From the NCBI GenBank assembly GCA_963920595.1, contig OY986949.1, forward strand, positions 558,001-622,000: a stretch of DNA of 64,000 nt, given 5' to 3'. Each line of letters opens with the position of its first letter. Within the stretch, counting starts at the first letter, position 1. Below, piece after piece: positions 53,001 through 64,000 of the stretch. This DNA comes from Eimeria praecox (lineage: Eukaryota). The notes below the pieces were generated by a model. It ran no database searches and was not told the origin of the DNA. It saw nothing but the letters and a program-made list of their open reading frames with translations. Both the position numbers and the translations under genes were made by a program.

Positions 53001-54435
53001 AGGGAAAACATCATCATCTCCATCACATGGCATTACATCAGAGAATTCAGGGACCACTTCACAAAGTCCCTTCAAACAAGGCCAAGCTGGCCTAGGAAAT
53101 TTGAGCTGCTGTCTATCAGCTGGTACCTTCTTGCAATCTCCCAGGTTAGGGCCCGACTTTCGTGCTGCTCTGTTGTCGACATCGTGGGCCGCTTCCTGCG
53201 ATTTAGCAGGCCTTGATAAAGGGGTTGTGGGATGCAACCCTGAGCACGTGGAACCTGAGTCCTACGACTCATCCCACATGTCAGCGGACACTGAACAGCA
53301 CGATAGCAGGGCAATGAAAGGCCCATTGCTCAGATCCGCGCAAGCTAACGATCTACTCGGCCCAGCGGGTGGCAGCGAGTGCTCTCGCGCTGACCTTGGC
53401 AATGCACAGCAAGCTCCTAAGGATTCTCCTGCGCCTCAAGACAACTCTCCAGAGGCCTTGTCACCATTTTGGCTTGGAGACGATCCTGTCCTAGAGCTGG
53501 TACAGAAATCTCAGTTTGCTTCTATTGGGGCATACATCCTTGCGAAGTCATCAAAGGGTTCAGCAAAGTTGCAGGAAGGCACTTCGAAAACTTCATCGCT
53601 CCCGGACGGTGTTGTACCTAGGTCTCGTGAATCGCCAGAAGTCGCCAGTAGACTGAGCGAAGGTCCTCTACGTCTTCAGGAAGAACGAAGATCACCAATA
53701 CTTACGGTTTCAGGCGGCATTGGTGCGCTTCCAGCATATCATGCAAATTATACTCTGGAGGTACGCCAGCCACACCCAAGTCATATATAAGCTAAACAAG
53801 TATTAGGCATGCATAAATGAAATGAAGCATTGAATTTGTACCTGTCCTAGATGGGTGCTTCCCTATCCACGCCGAGCTTCATCAGCAGAACTGGTGAATG
53901 CGCGTCATACCTCCTAGCATTTGCGAAAATACAAGCATCTACCTGTGTCCCCCTGGTCTGTCCAGCGTTCCCAAACTGTGTGCGGGCTTCGTCCATTAGT
54001 AATGGGGCACGAACATGAACCAGATAGGCAGCACAATGCCTCACAAGCAACGCAGCCACCGGACGCGGCATTATCGAGAATTCCAATGAGCGTGGTGAAG
54101 ATAGAGCAGACTCCAAGTAGTATTGTGCCAAACTGTGAAGAATCAGAACTCTTGGATTGCTTTTCACCTGCATTACATCACAAACAAGAGTCCGTCCCAG
54201 GTGGCCGTAACCGCCAGCCAGTTCTTTTCTACCTGCAGCAGTATAAGCAGGCATGATTTGCTTGTTCATTTCCTTTTGACAGCATTCAAGCCATAATATT
54301 CGTTTCCCTCCCCTGCTCTGCTTTTACTGCCTGTCTTCCGCCTTGTCTGCAGACACCTCGGAGACAGAAAATGCTTCGTGTAGTACCCCACCAGAAGATT
54401 ATGCGCTCCGTCGGAAGCTTATTGGGCATTGCTAG
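50094..54435 (+). CDS. Array gene copy 4 (about 1230 aa)
   Basis: Exons 50094-50253, 50398-52364, 52513-53760, 53966-54200 and 54353-54435; ends ...RRKLIGHC*. Confidence 0.8.
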
Positions 54436-57400
54436 CTTGAGATTGCAAGCCTAGTTTCCTAGTCGTATCGACGCCACTGCAAATTTATGAATAATGACAA
54501 GCAGAACGTTGCACGAGCGACGCAGAGCCCAGGAGCAGCAGCTGTTCCGTCAGTTGCTGCGTCAGGGATGAATTGCTTCAGCACTGGTTAGGTCGTGGAT
54601 GCCAGCCGGCCAGCCTCAGCAAGCCCATACTCCCTTAATTATGCACTTACATGGACCACAATTGTTTTTCAAAGCGGACGAGCCTTGCATCCTATTGGAG
54701 AGCATGCTGGTGTGCCCTCGTCGCCTCAGGCGGTACCTGGCCCACCTTCCTTCATTTACCATGAACAGCTTGCTGCCTGTTGCAGTCTAAGGTTGCCGAC
54801 TCTGCATGGTGCATTCCACTGCGTGCCACTTATCAATGTTATGTTGAGTGCAACAAAGCCTTGATCTAGTATGGGAAGGGACTAGGGAAACATAAATCTA
54901 TGTGGACTGCCCAATCAACAAAATCGGAATACATGCGTTGAACGTAGACGTATTGATGTGATATGAAACTCCGAAGTTGCCGTGCTTTGTCCTTGGCATA
55001 AACAGGACTCGAGCTTTGCAACGATAGGTAATAGATTACTTATATACTCGAGGGTGACAAACAGAACTGCATATGAGGTCATCACAGCAGCTAAAGGGTT
55101 ACAGGAAGCGAACATTTAACTCAGCTGCACTGCACTTGGTTGCTGCAGCTATTGGGAGAGCCTGTCTTTCTACAGTTAAGTGTAACATTAATTCAACTCA
55201 CCAGCCCCTGCATGGGTGCTCCTCTAGTCAAATGCTTGCCGTAAAGCGCAAAGGCTCTCCACGGAAACCCTGTAATATTCATCTGGGTTTGGCAAAGCGT
55301 TGCCAAGGGAAATGTGTATCGCTTGCGAAGTACTGAGCAACTAATCGGGTGTCCGGCAGCCTGGAAACTTCTCTTGTTGTGGAGGCCGCAGATGGGGGTA
55401 AGGTTGCACTAGCGTTGGTGTCTGAAGAACCTGTGTCGAGCAATCCAGTTCGTTGCTCTACGGAGATACAGCCACTGGCGAGAGAAAGTGACCTCGCCGT
55501 ACAGACGATTTAAGGGGCACCTGATGAGGCAAGGCTGCTTCCCTGGGTTTTAATCAGGAGCGAGCGAGAGCTGGATCTATGGCCAGACATACTTTGTATT
55601 TCCCCATAGATTCTGCCTGCCACTCGCCTCTAATAGCCTGCAAATAATGCGACGAAATCTTGGCCGACGGTATTTGTTTCCGTGAGAACGGAGAAGATCT
55701 GGACTACCCAGCCCAAAGCAATGGCATCACCTCCAATTTTGCGCTGCTGGAGGTGCCCACTGTTTCGCTATCACTGGACCAGCCATCAACGCAGCAATGA
55801 AATGACGGCGTGTATATCTGAGCCCACGAGGCAAAGGGTGCAAGCATGACTGCCTACTCACTAAGGAAGGAAAGCGCATGCTCAGTCACGTCACCACCGA
55901 TAGCATGAGTGGTTAAGCCAGCGCAGGCAAAACCCAGCACAGACCGGCTCGCATCTTCTGTTACACACACGGCCTTCAGCACCTGTGACAGTACGCAAAG
56001 ACCCCATTTCTGCTTCGCGTCCGCGCAGTAAACACAAATTATCAGCATTGTCATGTGATGTTTCTACCGCACTTTCGCTTGAAAGGACGATGCAGATTTA
56101 GGGAGTGAAACGGGCACTGAACCAATATTATGCTCTGAGCATGGGGCTACAGCGTCACGAAAATTCCGAGGCGCAGTGGAAAAGCGACGAGATTGTGCAT
56201 ATCCTACTCTGCATTAGAACAACGCGGAGGTGCGTAAATGCTTAAACACCCGCAACTCAAGATGACCACTTGCCATTCATGCTGTGAAGAGAAAGATACA
56301 AAAGGGAAGGCACGTGTAGTCCATGCAATAGTGCAATAGACGAGGTACCCAGCAGTGTTCTGTTTCGTTCTGCTTCTGAACAGCGCAGAGTACACAGTGC
56401 TCCCTTACTCATGCATGTTTTAGATATATGGAGGGATTATCTAGCTTAGAGGTGGATGCCGGATGAGAGCGCGATGCCTTGTGCAGCTGCTAGAGTGAGT
56501 CATCTCATATTTTAGGGACACTACAGGAGGGGCAGAAGGAGAGCGGAAGCCTGCTGCAGGGTCACTGCCCCTTTCACGACCCGAAACAAGACCCTTCGTT
56601 AAAGGTGAAACAATGGATTAATCCAGAATATATCGTGCAGTGTGGTGAGCTGCATGAAGGAGCTTTTCTTTCTAATATCTGCACCCTAATGCTTGATGAT
56701 GTCCACTCCTGACTGGTTCGCGAGGAATAACCCAACGAAAAGGTGCGTCAGGAGGACACTACATGTACCACTTTTCGCCTCGAAATTTTCGGTTTGGCTC
56801 AATCGTAAAGCGGGCCCTTATGCTTACACTAGCTGGCTGTCTGAAGGGTAAGCTGCTGCTCCATGGTTGTGCACGAGTCCCCTGAGGGGCCCTAGTGACC
56901 CATATTCACGAGTTTTGTGTGCAAGCCATCTGCATCTTTAAGTTCTCATCAGAACTTTGCCAGAATTGAAATTAGACTGCATTGAAAACCATCAAGGTGC
57001 TTCTGTTGTGGCTAGGGAAGAGCTGCAGGAAACGACGCATTGGGGCACGAAGCCCTTCCAATGTGACTTGCTACCAATCACCTGGCCACAATAGATCAGG
57101 CCTTTTCCGTCCATTACAAGTGCAGTAAACGTATCAAGTGTTAGGATTAATTGATCAAAATTCAAATATAATCAAGGAAGACCGCTTTCAGGATGCAACG
57201 AAGCTCCAACCGAACGCCCGAGGTCCAGGACCTCGCTTGCCGACAGACCCTTGGCCACTGGACTGATGTCACGCTACCCGCCTCGTGGCTACCTTGTGGC
57301 CTTGTCCACTTTAATCAGTTTCGCTCTCAATCACCTGCAAATATCCGAATTAACAAGCAAACAAAGTGTTGCCTTTTTCAAAACCATTGTTTTTTCAATA

Positions 57401-57866
57401 TTATTATCGCGTTAGCGTCTGCGTCTGCAAAGCAGCGAGTGTCCTGCCATCGACAGCCCAGGCAATTGTCTTCGGAAACAACTTTCGTCACGCTATCTGC
57501 TTCTCTCACCGCTTCTAACCGTCTGAATATTATAGTCTGCTGTGAGGTCTTTCATCCTCACCAAGGTAAGAAGGCAAGAATTCCCTCCACGGCTGCGAGC
57601 CTTTACCCAGCAAAGCGAATTCTTAGTGTCTTTGGTCAGAATCTTTGGCGCCTTCGGTCACTGGGTGCACTCCTACACGCCTTGATGAAACCCGCTATCC
57701 TCATAGCTCCTTTACGCCCATTGGATGTTTTGTACATCACTCAAGTAGCAAAGTTTGGACCTTCGGGCATGGTGTACGCGCCACAGGCCCACTCAATGTC
57801 CATCGTGTGCTCTGCCTTTGGCCTGTCATCCGCAGCCTGGACGGAAACTACTGAAACTACTGGAGA

Positions 57867-60800
57867 ATGATGCTCATAAGCTACCCGCTACATGGGGCAT
57901 GTACCCTACTAGCTCTCCTTGGTGTCTTTGGGGGTTCTGAGGCAAATTACATGCCAATTTCCTCATCAGGACTCTCCGTGCAGGAGCAGTTCACTAGAGA
58001 AGAGCCCCGACAGCTTCTAGACGGAGGTACGCCATACTTGATTTATTGCTTACTCTGCTGAGTGCTTGAGCATCAGATAGTTTCAGTTCATATTGCATGA
58101 ACATTCTTCAGGTGTTCATGGAATGGGCCGGGTCATTCTGTTCCTCGTTGTGTCTCCCGTTACCTCTCAGAAATTCCGCGTAACGACGGCGGTGGCTTTC
58201 GTAGTGGTGGTCAGAAGAGCAGTGATGGCGGCTTCGGGGAGGAGAAGGAAACTCCTCCGCATGAGTATCCCGAGATGGCAGCTATACCAATGATGGCTGA
58301 AGCCGTCTTGGAGGACTGCGAGGATGAGGAAGAAGAGGAAGAAGAAGAAACTTCAGGCAGCACAAGGAGTAGCGATGAATCTTCGTCAAAAGAAGCTGAC
58401 GAAGCTGCTTCGTTCAGAAAGGTACAGACATATAACACAACGGAGAGCGGTCCTCATCTGTTTGGTAGTAAAGGAATCCCCTGCTCCGGATGCACGGCCT
58501 CTAATGTTCAACCAGTCGCACAGCGGAAGACTTACCGGAGAACACCTGCTCATGCGCACCAGCTGCATGCACAAAGGAGTGTGAAAGTGCTTCATGATCG
58601 TTCCTTCAATGAGGCTACATCGGGAAAGCAGACGACCCTTCGTAGGAATCAGCCGCACAGTGAGGGAGCACCACGGAATCCACAGGTTTACCGCTTTGAA
58701 GGAAATGCGACTCATTTGAATATCCCGATAATTCGCCGAGCGTCTGGTCCGCAAGACACGGGAGAGCTGGAAGGCACAACCCGCAACTGTACCAGCAAGG
58801 ACTTTCCACAGGGCACCCGAGTCGCCTACAGGGCCCGATATCCACGCGGAACAGGCACTCCTAAGGGATGCCTTCAAGAGAGGGTTTCCTCTCCACAAGT
58901 CTCTCACGTGGTTAAGAGAGAGCATTATTCGTCCGATATGGGTGCAACTGAAGCAGAAGAGTACTGCACTGATGGCTGTCAGCAAGCCGTCCCACATGCT
59001 TTCATTGTTAGATGCCCACGCAGAACAGGCACGCCTCAGGGGTGCCTTCACAGGAGAGAGCATTCTCCACAAATCGTTCGTTCTGCCCGGACATTGGACT
59101 ATCCCTCCGGTGTGCATGAATCTGAAGCAGAGCAATATTATCGTGGCCGCTGTAGGCAAGCAACTCGCGGGAGATACAGGGCTCGATATCCATGCGGAAC
59201 AGGCACGCCTCAGGGAAGCCTTCACAGGAGAGACGCCTCACAACAAACATTTCATCAGTTTAAAGGCGCCACCCAGCAACATGGCAATGGCGCACCTGTT
59301 CCAAGCATGCGCAGCAGCGGGATGCATCTACCAAGCACTCGGCCAAACCCTGGTACTCGGTTTCCACGAAGAACTGGCACACCGCAGGGAAGCCTTCAAA
59401 GGCTAGTTACCCCTCTGCAAAGGCCCCAATCAGTGCAGGTTCTCCATAGCCAGCACAGTAGCATCTCTCCTGAACCGCAAGTACGCATAGACGAAGAATG
59501 TCCGCAGGCGACACAATTGGCCCGCAGGGATCGGTGCCCACAAGGAACAGGCACGCCTCAGGGATGCCTTCGCAGGAGGGAACCTCCCGTACAAATCTCT
59601 CACATGGTTCAAGAAACCCCTTATTCTACCGAGATGGACTTGCCTGAAAGCGAATCATACAACAGTGACGACTGTTCGCAAGCCTTGCGTGGGACTTGGA
59701 CGGATCCATTGCCATGCGCAGCAGGCGTGTTTCAGGGATGCCTTTGCATGAGGGAAGCCTCACCGCAACCCCTCCAGGCAGTTCAAGATCCCCCAGATGC
59801 AAGCGGCACGTGTACATCCGAAGGAAAAACATTCAGTGGAGAGACGTCTTCAACCAGTTTTCGCGAGGCCTTCACCGCTCGCTATTTTGCAGAAGCACGC
59901 ATGGCGGAGACAGGTGCCGATAGTGACTTTGACTTTCAGTGGGATGACGGTGAGGAAAATGACGAACTCATTTCCCTTGCTTGTGAGGCGGTCACAAAGT
60001 CAAGCTTATCACCATTGCAACAGCGGCAAAAGAGAACAGACGAACCTCAACAGAGCTGTCGAACTAACAGGTTCGAAGAGACTGTCCCAGCTGCCAATCA
60101 AAGGCAGGCCTTAGAAGCTGTCGACCCCTTCCAGATTGTGAGATTCTGTTCAATGTGCTGGCTGTACGGCCTTAGCAGCTGCCTTCGTGAGCGCATGAGC
60201 AACACCCATACCAATGCATATCATTGCATATTGTTTTGCGGCAATTCAAAGTTTGCTTCTGGTTCCCGTTGTTTTGGGTTTGCAGCGAACACAAGAGACT
60301 CCCCAATATGCTATCGCCCCGCAAACAGATGGCCAGGACAAGCAGCAACAGGCGCACCAGCAGCAGAGCAGGATTGCACTATTAGGTTTGCCTCACACAG
60401 CAGTTGGGAGCACAAATTCTAAGTGGAGCACCTCTTGCGAGAATACAGGTCTTCTCGACCCGTCGGGGATTTGGAGTTCTAAGTGGGTGCCAGATTTCCC
60501 TGGGAATCCTGCCTGGGAAGGGGTAGGAAGTGCCAACAGTACACATTTTTCGGTGGGACGTCAGGAGGATGATTGTTGGGGACGACGAAGGCACAAGGAG
60601 GTCTCGAGTTCAAATAGCGATTCAAATCGTTGTCTGCAACATCCGGCTACGCCTGACGAACAGACGCAGATGCCGGGCCTTAGTACACATACAGTTAATC
60701 CTTTTCAGTTACCACAAGTTGCACAGGCTGCAGGTGGATGTGACCATTGTGGCATTTCGTCATCAATGAACTCAGGGAAAACATCATCATCTCCATCACA

Positions 60801-62208
60801 TGGCATTACATCAGAGAATTCAGGGACCACTTCACAAAGTCCCTTCAAACAAGGCCAAGCTGGCCTAGGAAATTTGAGCTGCTGTCTATCAGCTGGTACC
60901 TTCTTGCAATCTCCCAGGTTAGGGCCCGACTTTCGTGCTGCTCTGTTGTCGACATCGTGGGCCCCTTCCTGCGATTTAGCAGGCCTTGATAAAGGGGTTG
61001 TGGGATGCAACCCTGAGCACGTGGAACCTGAGTCCTACGACTCATCCCACATGTCAGCGGACACTGAACAGCACGATAGCAGGGCAATGAAAGGCCCATT
61101 GCTCAGATCCGCGCAAGCTAACGATCTACTCGGCCCAGCGGGTGGCAGCGAGTGCTCTCGCGCTGACCTTGGCAATGCACAGCAAGCTCCTAAGGATTCT
61201 CCTGCGCCTCAAGACAACTCTCCAGAGGCCTTGTCACCATTTTGGCTTGGAGACGATCCTGTCCTAGAGCTGGTACAGAAATCTCAGTTTGCTTCTATTG
61301 GGGCATACATACTTGCGAAGTCATCAAAGGGTTCAGCAAAGTTGCAGGAAGGCACTTCGAAAACTTCATCGCTCCCGGACGGTGTTGTACCTAGGTCTCG
61401 TGAATCGCCAGAAGTCGCCAGTAGACTGAGCGAAGGGCCTCTACGTCTTCAGGAAGAACGAAGATCACCAATACTTACGGTTTCAGGCGGCATTGACGCG
61501 CTTCCAGCATATCATGCAAATTATACTCTGGAGGTACGCCAGCCACACCCAAGTCATATATAAGCTAAACAAGTATTAGGCATGCATAAATGAAATGAAG
61601 CATTGAATTTGTACCTGTCCTAGATGGGTGCTTCCCTATCCACGCCGAGCTTCATCAGCAGAACTGGTGAATGCGCGTCATACCTCCTAGCATTTGCGAA
61701 AATACAAGCATCTACCTGTGTCCCCCTGGTCTGTCCAGCGTTCCCAAACTGTGTGCGGGCTTCGTCCATTAGTAATGGGGCACGAACATGAACCAGATAG
61801 GCAGCACAATGCCTCACAAGCAACGCAGCCACCGGACGCGGCATTATCGAGAATTCCAATGAGCGTGGTGAAGATAGAGCAGACTCCAAGTAGTATTGTG
61901 CCAAACTGTGAAGAATCAGAACTCTTGGATTGCTTTTCACCTGCATTACATCACAAACAAGAGTCCGTCCCAGGTGGCCGTAACCGCCAGCCAGTTCTTT
62001 TCTACCTGCAGCAGTATAAGCAGGCATGATTTGCTTGTTCATTTCCTTTTGACAGCATTCAAGCCATAATATTCGTTTCCCTCCCCTGCTCTGCTTTTAC
62101 TGCCTGTCTTCCGCCTTGTCTGCAGACACCTCGGAGACAGAAAATGCTTCGTGTAGTACCCCACCAGAAGATTATGCGCTCCGTCGGAAGCTTATTGGGC
62201 ATTGCTAG
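57867..62208 (+). CDS. Array gene copy 5 (about 1230 aa)
   Basis: Exons 57867-58026, 58171-60137, 60286-61533, 61739-61973 and 62126-62208; ends ...RRKLIGHC*. Confidence 0.8.
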
Positions 62209-64000
62209 CTTGAGATTGCAAGCCTAGGTTCCTAGTCGTATCGACGCCACTGCAAATTTATGAATAGTGACAAGCAGAACGTTGCACGAGCGACGCAGAG
62301 CCCAGGAGCAGCAGCTGTTCCGTCAGTTGCTGCGTCAGGGATGAATTGCTTCAGCACTGGTTAGATCGTGGATGCCAGCCGGCCAGCCTCAGCAAGCCCA
62401 TACTCCCTTAATTATGCACTTACATGGACCACAATTGTTTTTCAAAGCGGACGAGCCTTGCATCCTATTGGAGAGCATGCTGGTGTGCCCTCGTCGCCTC
62501 AGGCGGTACCTGGCCCACCTTCCTTCATTTACCATGAACAGCTTGCTGCCTGTTGCAGTCTAAGGTTGCCGACTCTGCATGGTGCATTCCACTGCGTGCC
62601 ACTTATCAATGTTATGTTGAGTGCAACAAAGCCTTGATCTAGTATGGGAAGGGACTAGGGAAACATAAATCTATGTGGACTGCCCAATCAACAAAATCGG
62701 AATACATGCGTTGAACGTAGACGTATTGATGTGATATGAAACTCCGAAGTTGCCGTGCTTTGTCCTTGGCATAAACAGGACTCGAGCTTTGCAACGATAG
62801 GTAATAGATTACTTATATACTCGAGGGTGACAAACAGAACTGCATATGAGGTCATCACAGCAGCTAAAGGGTTACAGGAAGCGAACATTTAACTCAGCTG
62901 CACTGCACTTGGTTGCTGCAGCTATTGGGAGAGCCTGTCTTTCTACAGTTAAGTGTAACATTAATTCAACTCACCAGCCCCTGCATGGGTGCTCCTCTAG
63001 TCAAATGCTTGGCGTAAAGCGCAAAGGCTCTCCACGGAAACCCTGTAATATTCATCTGGGTTTGGCAAAGCGTTGCCAAGGGAAATGTGTATCGCTTGCG
63101 AAGTACTGAGCAACTAATCGGGTGTCCGGCAGCCTGGAAACTTCTCTTGTTGTGGAGGCCGCAGATGGGGGTAAGGTTGCACTAGCGTTGGTGTCTGAAG
63201 AACCTGTGTCGAGCAATCCAGTTCGTTGCTCTACGGAGATACAGCCACTGGCGAGAGAAAGTGACCTCGCCGTACAGACGATTTAAGGGGCACCTGATGA
63301 GGCAAGGCTGCTTCCCTGGGTTTTAATCAGGAGCGAGCGAAAGCTGGATCTATGGCCAGACATACTTTGTATTTCCCCATAGATTCTGCCTGCCACTCGC
63401 CTCTAATAGCCTGCAAATAATGCGACGAAATCTTGGCCGACGGTATTTGTTTCCGTGAGAACGGAGAAGATCTGGACTACCCAGCCCAAAGCAATGGCAT
63501 CCCCTCCAAGTGTTTGCTGCTGGAGGTGCCCACTGTTTCGCTATCACAGGACCAGCCATCAACGCAGCAATGAAATGACGGCGTGTATATCTGAGCCCAC
63601 GAGGCAAAGGGTGCAAGCATGACTGCTTACTCGCTAAGGAAGGAAAGCGCATGCTCAGTCACGTCACCACCGATAGCATGAGTGGTTAAGCCAGCACAGG
63701 TAAAATGCAGCACAGACCGGCTCGCACCTTCTGTTACACACACGGCCTTCAGCACCTGTGACAGTACGCAAAGACCCCATTTCTGCTTCGCGTCCGCGCA
63801 GTAAACACAAATTATCAGCATTGTCATGTGATGTTTCTACCGCACTTTCGCTTGAAAGGACGATGCAGATTTAGGGAGTGAAACGGGCACTGAACCAATA
63901 TTATGCTCTGAGCATGGGGCTACAGCGTCACGAACATTCCGAGGCGCAGTGGAAAAGCCACGAGATTGTGCATATCCTACTCTGCATTAGAACAACGCGG

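Larger units (their letters stand above)
23336..64000 (+). repeat. Head-to-tail tandem array of units of about 7.76-7.77 kb (5 complete plus a partial 6th, running off the window end)
   Basis: Anchor CATTGCTAGC recurs at 23360, 31120, 38880, 46654, 54427 and 62200 (periods 7760, 7760, 7774, 7773, 7773). The ORF track repeats almost identically, with only scattered SNPs, one 1-bp and one 13-bp indel noticed. Confidence 0.98.

Noticed and set aside
26800..62208. Positive selection among array copies; RRL (TEXEL) export motif
   Set aside because: By eye, both synonymous and non-synonymous differences occur in proportions not clearly different from neutral, so a formal dN/dS test is needed. No RRL was seen near the N-terminus.
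23336..64000. Array as a transposon, provirus, rDNA or CRISPR locus
   Set aside because: No LTRs or TIRs, RT/integrase/transposase motifs, rRNA sequence or repeat-spacer pattern were recognised.

Overview
Eukaryotic DNA, most likely Eimeria or a close coccidian relative. The signs are CAG/CTG tracts, (TGCA)n, interstitial AGGGTTT repeats and GT-AG introns. Positions 1 to about 9.3 kb are a repeat-rich, AT-rich segment holding a poly-Q/poly-A spliced gene on the + strand. An 11-exon minus-strand gene (13090-8413, about 987 aa) encodes a SAM-methyltransferase-like + TPR + Gfo/Idh/MocA-like fusion and straddles the switch to repeat-poor DNA. A dense hairpin cluster at about 16.14-16.43 kb is a candidate structured RNA. 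A 5-exon gene for a predicted secreted, low-complexity protein lies at 18684-22442. From 23336 to the window end is a head-to-tail array of near-identical units of about 7.76-7.77 kb (5 complete plus the start of a 6th). Each complete unit carries an intact 5-exon paralog of that gene (about 1230 aa) with a signal peptide, an acidic tract and exact 174-bp/58-aa internal repeats around GTGTPQG. All gene models were spliced by hand from frame and GT/AG logic; no database search was possible.
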